From Basidiobolus meristosporus CBS 931.73 (lineage: Eukaryota; Fungi; Basidiobolomycota), in contig MCFE01000398.1 in assembly GCA_002104905.1 (NCBI GenBank), positions 1-64,000 of the forward strand: a stretch of DNA of 64,000 bases, written 5' to 3'. The notes beneath the pieces were generated by a model. It worked only from the letters and a program-made list of their open reading frames with translations, ran no database searches and was not told the DNA's origin. Of the stretch, positions 13,556 to 25,269 are shown piece after piece (position 1 is the first letter of the stretch; each line of letters starts with the position of its first letter). A program made the position numbers and the translations under genes.

Positions 13556-13602
13556 ATAACCAGAAACCTCCCTCCTGAAGAAAAGAAGAAACCACCCTCA
13601 AG

Positions 13603-16600
13603 ATGTCGGACAATCAAGAATGGAAGAATGCCATGCAGCAAATCCTGGCTCAACAGCAACAGCTACTCCAGATCCTCAGCCAACAGCAACAAGGAATGAC
13701 TACCATGGCTCAGAGCCAGCAAAGCCCTGTCAAGAGCAACTTTAGTGTGAAGGTCAACCGGTACCATGGCAGAGTCAATGAAAACCTGGGAACTTGGCTC
13801 TTTCAGATTGAAGAAGCTTTTAAAGCTAAAGGAATTGCTCCAGAGAGCAAGTTGCATTATGCAGCTTCTTACCTGGCAGATGCAGCTTTACAGTGGTACC
13901 ACAACAAGATCAGGTCAGCTACTATGATGGGATGCTCTACAATCTCTACCTGGGATGAGTTTGTGTCGGAAATTCAGGATGCTTTTGAACCTCCACACCA
14001 GCAGACACTACTAAGAAGGAAGTTAAAGACACTCAGACAGAAAGGAATGGTGCAAGAATACATCTATGAGTACAGATGTCTACTTGGACAAATTGAAAGA
14101 ATGGACCCCTTGGATCAAGTTGAATACTTTATTGATGGATTGAAAGAAAGAACTCGCAAGGAAGTCAATTACCGAAGACCTCAGACTATTGAAGAAGCCA
14201 TCAAGATTGCCATTGACTATGACTCAGCTATGTTTGGAGTTGGGAAGCCTACAGTGACTAATCAGAAAGGCTATAATCATTATGAAAGAAGACAATCAGA
14301 AGCAGTACCAATGGAAATAGACGCTATGCAGAAGAATCCCTCCTCAGAAGAATGCAAGAAGAGAGGACTTTGCTTCAATTGCCACCAGCAGGGACATATT
14401 GCAAAGTACTGCCCTCAGAGAAGAAATGGACACCAGCCAACAAGAACCTTCAACCATATTGAGTCCCATGAACACAATAATGAGGAAGATGAGCTTGAAG
14501 AAGACTCAGAACTCACCTTCCATATGACAGAAGAGTACTTGTCCCAAATGACTTCAAACTCAGGGAAGTTATTGTACCTGAATGGAGCAATCAATGGAGT
14601 ACCTGCCAAGATCATGATTGACTCAGGAGCATCGCATGAGTACATGTCAGAGCAATTTGCTTTGAAAGCTGGAATCAACTCGGAACCTACCAAATCAACT
14701 TCAGTCTCCACAGCTGATGGGAACTCCCACATAATCAACCGTATTACCCAGCCAGTAAGAATGAAGATCAATGACTATGAAGAAGACCTACAGGCTTATA
14801 TATTTGGGAACTGCAAGTTTGACCTTGTACTTGGAAAAACCTGGCTATTTTGTCGTAATCCATCAATCAACTGGAGAACCCATGCTACTCAGATCCAAAA
14901 AGACAACAAGACCTATGAGCTATTACCTGCCAGGCTGGATTTCAACTTGGTCAATTCCAGTGTGTGTGAGACAAGTGAACTTAGCAAGACCCAGTTCTGT
15001 AGAGCACTTAGAAAAGGTACCGAGATGTTCCTCATGGCGGTATTACAGGAGGATTCCTCTACCCCAGCACCCCAGCAGGTCCAGACTCTCTTGAAGAAAT
15101 ACTCAGACGTGTTTCCAGATGAGCTTGTAAGCCTACCACCAGTCAGAGACGTGGATCATGCCATTGACACAGGAGATAGCCCTCCAGTAAGCAAGACACC
15201 TTACAGAATGAGTCCATTGGAATTGGAGGAAATGAAGAGACAAATTGATCAGCTATTGGAGCAAGGATACATCAGGCCCAGTAAGTCACCCTGGGGAGCA
15301 CCAGTGCTTTTTGTGAAAAAGAAGGATGGAACACTTAGGATGTGCATGGACTACAGAGCCCTGAACTCAGTTACCGTCAAGAATAAGTACCCCATACCTC
15401 GGATTGATGAGCTTTTAGACCAACTTAATGGAGCCACTATTTTCAGCAAGATTGACCTCATGTCAGGATACAACCAGATTAGGGTAAAACCAGAAGATAT
15501 CCCTAAGACAGCATTCAGGACCAGATATGGACATTACGAGTACTTAGTCATGAGTTTTGGCCTCACTAATGCCCCTGCAACATTCATGACGCTGATGCAG
15601 ACTGTCTTTCAGGAGTACTTAGACAAGTTTGTGATAATCTACCTGGATGACATATTGATATACAGCAAGACAGAAAAGGATCACATGGTACACATTGAAA
15701 AGGTGTTGAAGAAACTAAGAGAGAACAAGCTATATGGCAAGCTAGCCAAGTGTGAATTCTTCAAGGAACACGTAGAATATCTGGGACACATAGTGACTAG
15801 CACAGGAGTAACCTTAGACCCCAAGAAGGTGGAAGTAATCAAGAATTTGAAGCAGCCCCATAGCATATCAGAACTCAGATCCTTCCTTGGAATGGTTTCC
15901 TATTATCGGAGATTTGTCAAGTCATTTGCAAGTATTGCAGCCCCTTTAACTGATATCCTCAAGAAAGACAATACCTACAAGTGGGACATAGCTTGTGAGA
16001 CTGCCTTCCAGACGCTAAAGAATGAACTTGCTAAGTTGCCAAGCTTAAGAATACCAGACTTCAGAAAAGAGTTCACTCTATGCACAGATGCTTCAGATTA
16101 TGCAATTGGTGGAGTGCTGAGCCAAGAACACGAGGGAAAGGACTACCCTGTTGCCTTTGAATCCAAGAAACTGAACTCAGCAGAACAAAACTATCCAGTC
16201 CATGAGAAGGAGATGCTTGCTATAATACACTGTTTGAAGACATGGAGATGCTATATTGAAGGAGTCAAATGCACTGTGAAGACTGATCATGCCTCCCTCA
16301 AGTATATATTTACTCAGAAGGTACTCTCTAGAAGAATGACAAGATGGAGTGAATACATTCAGCAATTTGACCTGGAGATTGTCTACTGCCCTGGAAAAAA
16401 CAACACGGTTGCTGATGCCTTATCAAGATTAGATCAAGTTGCACAACTCAACTTGGTGCATGAATCAGATTGGCCTAGCCTATTACCAAAGTACTTGGAG
16501 GACCAAGCCATTCCTAATGAGGTGGATGAAGATATCAAGAAGATAATCCGGGATGAAGCCAGCAAATTTGTTGTACAGGATGAAACACTCTACCGAATTG

Positions 16601-17736
16601 TTGATGGAAGCCCTATTGCCTATTGTCCTTATGTTGCTCGCCTGGATTTAATACATAAGCTACACAATGGATATGGACATCTTGGGATTGAAGGAACCTA
16701 TAGCCTTGTAAAAGCCAGAGCATGGTGGCCCAGAATGAAACAAGACATTGAGAAGCTAGTAAAAACATGCCCAAACTGCCAAATCAATCAAGGCCAGCCA
16801 CAAAGAATTGCCGAACTCTTCCCTTTGGAGCCTGTCAGACCATTTGAGAGATGGGGAATTGACTTTATTGGAAGACTGCCAACTACCAGGAAATGTAACC
16901 GTTGGATCCTAGTAGCTATTGACCATGCCACTAAATGGCCAGTTGCTAAAGCCGTACCAATAGCCAGTGAACAAGAAGTTGCAAGTTTCATTTACCATGA
17001 GATCCTGATGAAGTTTGGATGCCCTGTGGAGATCTTATCCGATAGAGGTGCAAACTTTATGGCAAAGACATTAGAGGCTTACCTGGAAATGCAGCAGATC
17101 AGACACTTGAAAACCTCGGCATATCACCCCAGAACTAATGGAGTCACTGAGCGGTTTAATGGATTATTTGGAAAAATGCTGACTAAGTATGCAAATGGAG
17201 TTGTCAGTAGATGGGATGAGTATATAGACCAAGCACTCTTTGCATGCAGAGTCAGAGTACACAACACCACCCAGCAATCACCATTTTACTTAGTTTATGG
17301 ATGTGAACCTAGGATTCCAGGAGATCTCACACAACCCAAGCTTACCGATGCCTTAGAAGATGAACTTAGTCAGCCAAGTAGACACCAGCAACTGGAACAA
17401 AGACGTCAAGAGGCACAGACCAAAGTATCTCAAAGTGCAGAAAAGATGAAGCAGAGATTTGATAAGACTATAGCACCAGAAGCATTGACAGTTGGGAACT
17501 TTGTATTGCTAAGAAACAACACTCGGAAGAAGTTTGAGCCACAATGGACAGGACCATTCAAGATCATCAGAGAATGTCCATTTGCAACTTACCAACTGGT
17601 GGACAAGCAAGGTAATATCCGGGAAGACTTAGTGCATAGGGACAGACTCAAGCTTGCAAGACTTGCTGATAATACTGAACCATCAAGATATTGGTATCAC
17701 AAGAAAAGAGATTCAGGAGAACCCTCTCAACTTTAG
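13603..17736 (+). CDS. Gag-Pol polyprotein (capsid, CCHC knuckle, aspartic protease, RT, RNase H, integrase; no chromodomain)
   Basis: [14 protein letters not shown]; IDSGAS; [15 protein letters not shown]...YLDD; TDASD...EKEMLA...KTDH...ADALSR; HKLHNGYGH...CPNC; GIDF...SDRG...TER; WTGPF; order PR-RT-RH-IN. Confidence 0.98.
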   Translation: MSDNQEWKNAMQQILAQQQQLLQILSQQQQGMTTMAQSQQSPVKSNFSVKVNRYHGRVNENLGTWLFQIEEAFKAKGIAPESKLHYAASYLADAALQWYHNKIRSATMMGCSTISTWDEFVSEIQDAFEPPHQQTLLRRKLKTLRQKGMVQEYIYEYRCLLGQIERMDPLDQVEYFIDGLKERTRKEVNYRRPQTIEEAIKIAIDYDSAMFGVGKPTVTNQKGYNHYERRQSEAVPMEIDAMQKNPSSEECKKRGLCFNCHQQGHIAKYCPQRRNGHQPTRTFNHIESHEHNNEEDELEEDSELTFHMTEEYLSQMTSNSGKLLYLNGAINGVPAKIMIDSGASHEYMSEQFALKAGINSEPTKSTSVSTADGNSHIINRITQPVRMKINDYEEDLQAYIFGNCKFDLVLGKTWLFCRNPSINWRTHATQIQKDNKTYELLPARLDFNLVNSSVCETSELSKTQFCRALRKGTEMFLMAVLQEDSSTPAPQQVQTLLKKYSDVFPDELVSLPPVRDVDHAIDTGDSPPVSKTPYRMSPLELEEMKRQIDQLLEQGYIRPSKSPWGAPVLFVKKKDGTLRMCMDYRALNSVTVKNKYPIPRIDELLDQLNGATIFSKIDLMSGYNQIRVKPEDIPKTAFRTRYGHYEYLVMSFGLTNAPATFMTLMQTVFQEYLDKFVIIYLDDILIYSKTEKDHMVHIEKVLKKLRENKLYGKLAKCEFFKEHVEYLGHIVTSTGVTLDPKKVEVIKNLKQPHSISELRSFLGMVSYYRRFVKSFASIAAPLTDILKKDNTYKWDIACETAFQTLKNELAKLPSLRIPDFRKEFTLCTDASDYAIGGVLSQEHEGKDYPVAFESKKLNSAEQNYPVHEKEMLAIIHCLKTWRCYIEGVKCTVKTDHASLKYIFTQKVLSRRMTRWSEYIQQFDLEIVYCPGKNNTVADALSRLDQVAQLNLVHESDWPSLLPKYLEDQAIPNEVDEDIKKIIRDEASKFVVQDETLYRIVDGSPIAYCPYVARLDLIHKLHNGYGHLGIEGTYSLVKARAWWPRMKQDIEKLVKTCPNCQINQGQPQRIAELFPLEPVRPFERWGIDFIGRLPTTRKCNRWILVAIDHATKWPVAKAVPIASEQEVASFIYHEILMKFGCPVEILSDRGANFMAKTLEAYLEMQQIRHLKTSAYHPRTNGVTERFNGLFGKMLTKYANGVVSRWDEYIDQALFACRVRVHNTTQQSPFYLVYGCEPRIPGDLTQPKLTDALEDELSQPSRHQQLEQRRQEAQTKVSQSAEKMKQRFDKTIAPEALTVGNFVLLRNNTRKKFEPQWTGPFKIIRECPFATYQLVDKQGNIREDLVHRDRLKLARLADNTEPSRYWYHKKRDSGEPSQL

Positions 17737-17746
17737 TAGGGGAGAA
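17735..17746 (+). promoter_or_regulatory. Polypurine tract AGTAGGGGAGAA
   Basis: Abuts the 3' LTR and overlaps the gag-pol stop codon. Confidence 0.85.
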
Positions 17747-19691
17747 TGTTATGATCTGCCGCTTGAATGTTTAAGTTAGATCAGTTTTTAGTCAAATCAA
17801 TTAGTATATGTTTAGGTTATCAGTATATCAGTATTATCTATGAAATCAGTAGCATTAGTCAGCAAATGAATCAGCAGATCCTTATCAGACAGAAATAGAT
17901 ATATTAAGTAGGATCTTATTGGGTGATGATGATGCAATCAAATGAGTCATCAGCCACAACCTACATTAGGAAATACAATTAGTCAGCAATTGATCTGGCA
18001 AAATGTATATAAGGAGCTGCTGGAACCTCAATAAAAATCAGTTCAAGTTTTAGTGAATACAATACTAGCTAAACTCCCTATTCCTCTACAACTCTTATAC
18101 CAAGACTTGTAACATTACTAACCCTGAAACTGTTACAGAACGCTCCTGAATATTGAGAAAACCTCTTTATTTAGTGTTACAGCTATATTACTTCTAAAAA
18201 GGTATAAATACTGAACTTTTTTGCTAATAAACAGCAGTTCAACTATTATCAATATTTCTTGATAAGTTCCTTATATCCAAATCACTACTTAAATTGCAAC
18301 AGAGACTCCCCAGGTAATGAGCAAATAGTTAAATGTATGCAGTCTTGCAGTAAGTATAAATACTATGTTGCAATTCAATATATCAACTAGTAAATATCAT
18401 GCAAGTCTTCTAATGCTCCATTTGACTTCCAATATATCCCTCTAATATTTCAACAATTCCATCCTCAGATGTATATGAGTATATCACCTCACACTATTTC
18501 TGATACTTAATGTAGATATGTAGCTTCTCTAATACATGTCCCACAGAGTCTCAGGATCATTAGTAACAAAAATGGTACCACTGCAAGATTGATGTCTCTG
18601 AAATCACTGATCTTTGGCCATATATAGAGAGGCATTATATATCAATCTGATCCTCCAGATATGGGCAAGCTGTTCTCTATATCTGTGTGCACATCCAACT
18701 CAAGACTAGGGTGGAAGGTGGCCTCAAAGTGTTTGCGCATTGTTTACATACTAAGGTGGTTCAGACTTATGCCAAATCACTACAAGAATTTGGGAGCCTG
18801 ATTGACTGAAATAGTCTAATCCACACCAAGGTACATGGGAATCCTGAACATAGCTCCTAGATGTAATGATGATAAGTATAATAGCGTTAATACATATATC
18901 ATGTAGTATGCTCCTTGTTGATTTGGACTCCTTGCTGGGATTTTGCACTAGACTTGTTCCATAATACCATGCCAGGGCTTGCAGCGCAATCCGCGGTTGT
19001 AAAGAACAATTGGGCACAATATTATAGCTATCAGAAGGCAGGATTGTTCTTGGACAACTGTGCAATATGTGGGACAATCTCGCACACTATGGCACAATCT
19101 GACTCAATGAGGTTGGCACGGATGATTGCGCCAACTTGTAATGTTTGCATCACGTGCGTGATTGGATACCGCTATTATGGCAGGTAAAATCCGGTATTTG
19201 GATATGTTTCTTTAATGTGAATGGAAATAAATGTGTATCACACTATAAACTACACTGATACTTACCATGTTGGTTACCATCATTCCAATTGGATGGTATC
19301 TCAATGGTTAATTGGTCCAAAAGTATCCTGAAGCTGGCAGCCCACAATTGGCTTATTGACTACTGAAAAAGCTACTTGATTTGCCATCAGATATCCCATT
19401 TTGCCCATTGAGCAAGTAAATCCCTGATCCTAGTGATTGGATAAGGTGTCATAGCTAGCACGCAAGCAATTGTGTAGGTGCAAAACAGATCCAATAGCTG
19501 CACTGGTATTACAGTTGACGTATATATATGCAGGGTGTTTATTTATAGGGGTTCTGTCTCATATGTGAGACAACCTTGATATTACTTATATCAAAAATTT
19601 GATGATCACTGATTTGCAATGGCTTGATTTGGATTGCAAAAAAAAGGGTTGTTGGGATTATTACAAATGTGAGCAATTCAAAGCCATTGCA

Positions 19692-20699
19692 TCATATTCT
19701 CCTGGGTTTTTTTCTCACAGGGATTACTACTGAAGCATTTGGTAGTGACTCACTTTGCACACCTATACTACTTCCTGGCTGACTATCATCTTGGCTACTT
19801 GTGTATTTGTAGTCAGTATTTTGCCTCCTAGTTGATGAGTGCAATGCTGCAGCTTGGCCATGCTGAACTGCTCCAACTGAACCAACTGAACCAGCCTGTA
19901 GTGCCACACGCTGACACGTTCTTTTACTTGCCAAGGGCTCCGGTGGTTGAGGCACTTCATGTTGGTCATCATCAGTCAGTTCACCAGAAGTAACTTGCTG
20001 ATGGTCAGGCAAGACAGCACGTGCAGGTGCGCCTTGACACGTTGAGATGGCCCTTGGCTGAGTTTGATGTGATGCTGCATGTTGACGCAACTTGGTCCGC
20101 TCCAATGGACTCATGTCTAAATGAGCAGTTTGGCAAGTTCTTGTAGTTTTGCTCTGAAGCGCACGCATTGACTCAATGCAGGGTGTTCTGGTAAAGGGTG
20201 TTGGCATGGTCTGGACTGACATGCGCTGGCATGCTATGGTTGCAAGAGATGGTAGGGAATCCAGCAAGGCGTGCTGGCGCAATCTGGACAATGTTCCTGG
20301 CGGTCTGTATTCTTCCTCCTGAAGCTCACCATCTGATTCCTCAAGGTATTCACTTACCCTCTGTCTGATACTTTGGAGCTGTTGCCTGGATGAGTCCTGT
20401 GTATATTGCCCTCAGAAGCCACTTAGCTCTACTAATATATCACGTAGTACATTAGTCATTTGAGGCAAAAACTCATTCAAAATCTCTTTGATTCCCAAAG
20501 TTGAGGCACAAACGGACATGTCTGGCTGGTACTGTGCAAATTGCGCACAAAATTGTTCCCATGCAGCTTCTTTGTCAAATCCCCTCACTCTCAGCTCATT
20601 CTTGTTTCAATACTTGTCTTGCTATATATCTTTTTACATACATTGGCTGGCATCTTGATGTAGAACTCATGCCATAGCTTTCTACTCAAATTCTTCCAT
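19692..20699 (-). pseudogene. PHIS element ORF2 (about 336 codons, unknown family, C-terminal basic NLS-like RKKPRR)
   Basis: Single frame from ATG at 20699 (MEEFE...) to 19692 with six in-frame stops in the first 136 codons, then 199 open codons; second copy at 6215-8280. Confidence 0.75.
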
Positions 20700-21282
20700 C
20701 TTTGTTAACTCTCTGAGGTATCAAGTTCTGCTAGATTAATCAGTAGTGCCCAAATATCTGTATGAAGGCTCATCATAAACACTTGGGCCATACTAAAATC
20801 ATTTGGCAAGAACTCAAATGGATTTGACATCAACTTTTCCAGTGTGGACCGCGCTTGTGAGCTGGGGGATGGGTTTTGTCTGGGTTGTACTAAAGATGAG
20901 TTGAGGCTTGGTATGGGGACCATAGCAACGGATTTGGACACTTATACAGCAGTATATTGGCATCAACCTAGTCTTATACAAAATATATATGAAAACTAAT
21001 GTGATTGTTGAATTTTCCATATATCATGCATGATGCATCTTGGATTGCGTTGACACAGATCAGATCACATCAATCGCAGATTTTCTATTTGATTATAGAC
21101 CTATGAGTTAAGCATCAATAAAAGTACCAAGGCATTGTTTGCGGATGATTTTTGCAACATAATGATGGGATACATGGCAATTGATGGAGATTTAACCATA
21201 ATGTATTAAAAATCAGATAAATAACGCAGATTGCGCCAAATTGATTCAAACCACCTCCATACAATCATCCATCAATTTTACT

Positions 21283-22165
21283 ATGACTTACTCATCTGAA
21301 TGGTCTTTTCTCATCAATCCCATCACTACCACTGGATTTCCTTTTGACACACTGGAGGAGATCTATTCCAAGTACTGTGGACCATCAACCCCAATCTACT
21401 CAAGGAGATCCCTTGTTAGGCTTCTCTGCTATTACAAGAACTATTGCCCTACAAGGTTTCATACTACCATCCATGGCAACAAAAGTCATAAAAGCTTTCA
21501 GTCCCAGCTGACAGCAATGGAGAACCACCTTGCAGAGGGTATGAATGACTTAGAGCAAGCTTGGAATACTAGGTTCAGAAGCTCCAATAGACTTCGATAT
21601 CCCTGAGTGTTCAGCAACAGGTTCCATATCAGGAGTATTTTGGATACCTTCCCAGTGAGGATTAACAGACCTTCTAGAGGGCAGAGGCACTTTTATTCTG
21701 GCAAGTACAAGGCACACTGTGTGAAGTTTCAAGCACTGTCTGACATTGAGGGTAACATCATCTGGTTTAGTGGGCCATTTGCTGGAAGTAGGCATGACAA
21801 AGCACTCTGGGTAGAGAATCATCCTCAATTCAGTAGAGGGGAGAAATGTATGGCAGACTTAGCCTATATAGGAGAGGATTGTCAGAGATTAGGATGTATT
21901 ACAGCTTAGAGGAAGCCAAGGAATGGAGTGCTTAGCAGGAAGCAGAAGCTCTACAATGAGATATTTAATCATTTCAGAGTAAGGGTAGAGCACACATTTG
22001 GATATCTGAAGAGATTCAGCATATTGGCAGGTAAATACAGAGGAAAGTTATATAGGAGAAAACAGCAGAATAGGTAAAATAGTTAAGATACTTGTTAATG
22101 CACAGTATGTTCATACAAGAAGACATCCACTGAGAGAAATGTGTCTGGAGCATTATGAAGAGTAA
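21283..22165 (+). pseudogene. DDE_Tnp_4-type (IS5/PIF/ISL2EU-like) transposase, disrupted
   Basis: ILDTFP...YSGKYKAHCVKFQ...GPFAGSRHD...ADLAYIG...RVRVEHTFG...HPLR; in-frame stops at 21604-21606 and 21907-21909, frameshift near 22060. Confidence 0.92.
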
Positions 22166-22689
22166 ATAAAGCAAGGAAAGCACTGTTCTGAGCAACACAA
22201 GTAAGATTGAATAAAATTACCAGTAACTGTATCATACCACTGGCATCATTATAGAAATTATAGTGCCAGATAGTGCCATAGAGTGCCAGATTGATCCAGC
22301 ACCATAAGCAGGCTGGCATTTTGTGGCACTATCCAACAGAACAAGTCTACTTTCTCAAAGTCTGATCTTTCTGCACATTCCATAACTTGAGATTTGCTCA
22401 TCATTACCTCCTTGAAATACAGCCTTTCTCTTCTCTTAGTGTCTTCTTTAAGGGCCAAGGCCTCTTGCTCCATAACCATATATCCTAGTTAGCAGTTCTT
22501 AGCAACAGCAGTGCTTTTCTGTCTTTTATAACTTCAGGTAGACAAGGCAGTCTTTATCTGGAATGAAGGCACAACACCAAAGCAAAGTAGACTCCCATAA
22601 TATAGCAAGCTTGAGGCTCATAACCTGCCAAAATATTAGAGAGAGATATATTGGAGGAAAATGGAGAATTGGAATAAATATGTAATATT

Positions 22690-22960
22690 CATGGGTTGAT
22701 TTATTGAGTTGCAACACAATAGTGATATTTATTGCAGAACTAAATAAACATAACTATTTGGTCAGTATTAAGGGAGTCTCAGGAGTTCATGTGCCAAGTG
22801 TTAGCTCATTTGGACAAGTTTCAGATTTTCCTAAAATTCTTTACCTCACTAATTCCCAATAGTTGGTGAGTGTCTGACAAACTAATTTCTAGTTTACTAT
22901 TCTGATACTCATCATTTAACCAAGTGCCAGTTCATAATATATTAATAATTAGCTGGACTC
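22690..22960 (-). repeat. Family E repeat copy
   Basis: Reverse complement aligns with 12592-12825 plus 18302-18410. Confidence 0.7.
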
Positions 22961-23753
22961 CTACTTTCTTCAACATCTTCTCCTATACCATTTGGAGTGC
23001 ACTCTTTGGTCATAAAAATAATGCAAAGGCCTTTTTGCTACAGCTGATTTTCATCTTCACCTTTCAGATTTGGGAGTCAAATCCATCCAGTTTTTCAGCA
23101 ATGGTCAAAGTTGCCATAATAGCTGAAGTTGTACTCCAGAGAGTGGTGGCTTGGGGCTCATTACCTGCTGTAAGAGTATATGACATATATAAAGATTTAT
23201 TGAATGTAAAAGCAGTATTTATACTTTAAATGGCCTTGGCAAAGCAAACATGTAAAGCATGTAATGCTTGTGGCTACTTGCACAATTTGGCAAATTCCAA
23301 TGTCCTGGGTATGTGGAAATCCAAACAAAACATTGCAAGTAAATCCCCATAAGAAACTAAATCAGAATTCTCAAGGATCTGTAGGAGATGCTCTAAGTAG
23401 CTAACTCAGGTGATGTCAGGTGTAATTACAGATTGTGGTTTTCTCTTAATGATACTGAGTGTTGAGGGAGTATTTCTGCTTTAACATACCCTTGGCATGA
23501 AAAGCATTGAAAATATGCTTATGAGGGTCCCACAAATACATGTGCAAAGCATGGGTGTTTTTGGAAAACTTTAGATAGCTTTCATACTCCGGGTACCTGG
23601 AATCTTGGGAAAATATTTTCAGTATATATCAGCAAGGAATTTGGTCAGTAGTGTCCAATATTTGTAGCTAATGATCTGAGTGACTAAGTTAGGTGAGCAT
23701 TTTGGTGAAACTGAGAATATTTACCACACTCTGTAGATGCAATAGTGTTATAG

Positions 23754-24118
23754 TGCTATGATCTACCACTTTAATGTTTAAGTTAGATCGGGTTTTAGTC
23801 AAATTAGTTATTTTTATGCTTAGCTATTAGTGTATCTGTGTTATTTATCAAATTAGTAGTATCAGTCAGCAGATAAATCAGCAGATCCTTATCAGACAGA
23901 AATAGATATATCAAATACAATCTAACTGAGTGATGATGATGTAATCAAATGAGTCTTCAGCCACATCCTACATTAGGAAATACAACTAGTTAGCAACTGA
24001 TCTGGCAAAATGTATACAAGGAGCAGCTAGGATCTCAATTAAATCTGTAAAGTTTCAGTGAATACAATGCTAGCTAAACTCCCTATTTCTGTACTATTGT
24101 TATATCAAGACTTGTACA
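23754..24118 (+). repeat. Diverged solo LTR-A
   Basis: Aligns with 13176-13543; flanks ATAG/AAAG (4-bp TSD with one mismatch). Confidence 0.88.
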
Positions 24119-25269
24119 AAAGCACTGAACCAGGAGTGCTTCACAATTTATAAGATCATACAGGGAGAGTTTTGGGCTAGCATATTAATTCTCATAAATG
24201 GACTAATTTAAATCTCACAATAGGAAATTAACAATATCATGATACATATGAGGTAAGCAGTGCAGTTGAGGCTGCAAATTAGCCCTATAGTAGCTAACAC
24301 TAGTCTAAAGAGCTAAAGCAAAGTATCATCTGCAGAATGACACCAAGTGGCTTAATATTTTGGTACCCCTGTAGCACTAACTAAAATATGATTCAGCTTC
24401 CCTCTGAGCCTTGGAGCAGCTCCCAGCTTATGTTTTGCTAATATATGTGTCTCCATTTTGTTTCCTGGCAGCAAGCAAAATCTACCAAATTTTTCTATAC
24501 AGCCTCACTTAAAAAGTGGTATTTTGCATATGTGTGCCTGATGCTGAAGTACTTGAGACCTTGAAAACATTCTGCTTCTAAATAATTGCATAACAATTAT
24601 GTACAGGTCTCAACAAGTGCTGGACTCAAATAGAGCATCCCTTTGCTATCTTCTATCAATCCATGATGTTATGGTACCTCCTCTGCTGACAAGCTTGAAA
24701 GAGGACATCTACTATGTATTGTACATCAATCCAGAAACTGTTAAATATATACCTGATTGTTGTGATGCACTTCCAACAGTGCTGCATTTTATTGTATCTA
24801 CAATGACACAAGTACTGATATACTTTATGCATTAGCAACAGCTTAGTGGTTATCACTATTTTTTATTTGGTACTGAGAATCTAAGTACTACATAAGTTGC
24901 AATTGATTTCCTACCATGATGAGTTGGTCTATTCTTAAGATGACCTGCTAACAGAAAATAAAGATCACTTTGCTGTAAAGAAGAAGCTTAATCCAACAGA
25001 AACTGGCCTTGGAAAATCAAGATTCAGATCCATCATCAGGGAAGTTAACTGTGAGATATAGTTAGAGGAGAAAAGGTTGAGGTCAAAGGAGCATCAGCAG
25101 AAGCTGTGAAGTTTCAATAGAGGTAAAAGAAGGTATTCCACACCATATGTGTAACTGACTTGCTCTATTGGACAGTAAACGTGTTCTGTTGAATGGTGCT
25201 ACATAGTGCCAGCCAGGTTATAGTGCAGGATCAATCTGGCACTCTAAGGTGCATTCTTGCAACACAATA

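Larger units (their letters stand above)
13176..18114 (+). mobile_element. Intact Ty3/gypsy LTR retrotransposon (4,939 bp)
   Basis: LTRs 13176-13543 and 17747-18114 (368 bp, TGTTA...TAACA, no difference found by eye); TTAC duplicated at 13172-13175 and 18115-18118; PBS, PPT and uninterrupted gag-pol. Confidence 0.98.
12826..18301 (+). repeat. Solo LTR-B split by a MITE and the intact gypsy element; 5-bp TSD GAGAC
   Basis: First half 12826-12986 and second half 18119-18301 together rebuild the 10676-11044 sequence; GAGAC at 12821-12825 and 18302-18306. Confidence 0.93.
18951..22347 (+). mobile_element. Full-length but mutated two-gene PHIS-superfamily (PIF/Harbinger/ISL2EU-like) DNA transposon, 3,397 bp
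   Basis: Ends TA|GACTTGTTC...GAACAAGTC|TA; subterminal GCGCCA/GTGCCA/GCACAA repeats; contains a DDE_Tnp_4 transposase and a divergent second ORF. Confidence 0.88.

Noticed and set aside
18420-18950. Possible ORF split by the PHIS insertion (22479-22348 joined to 18950-18751 on -)
   Set aside because: Joins in frame but matches no family I know and has many downstream stops
22960-25250. Short ORFs in AT-rich relic DNA (22924, 24599, 24656)
   Set aside because: No recognisable motifs; consistent with decayed repeats
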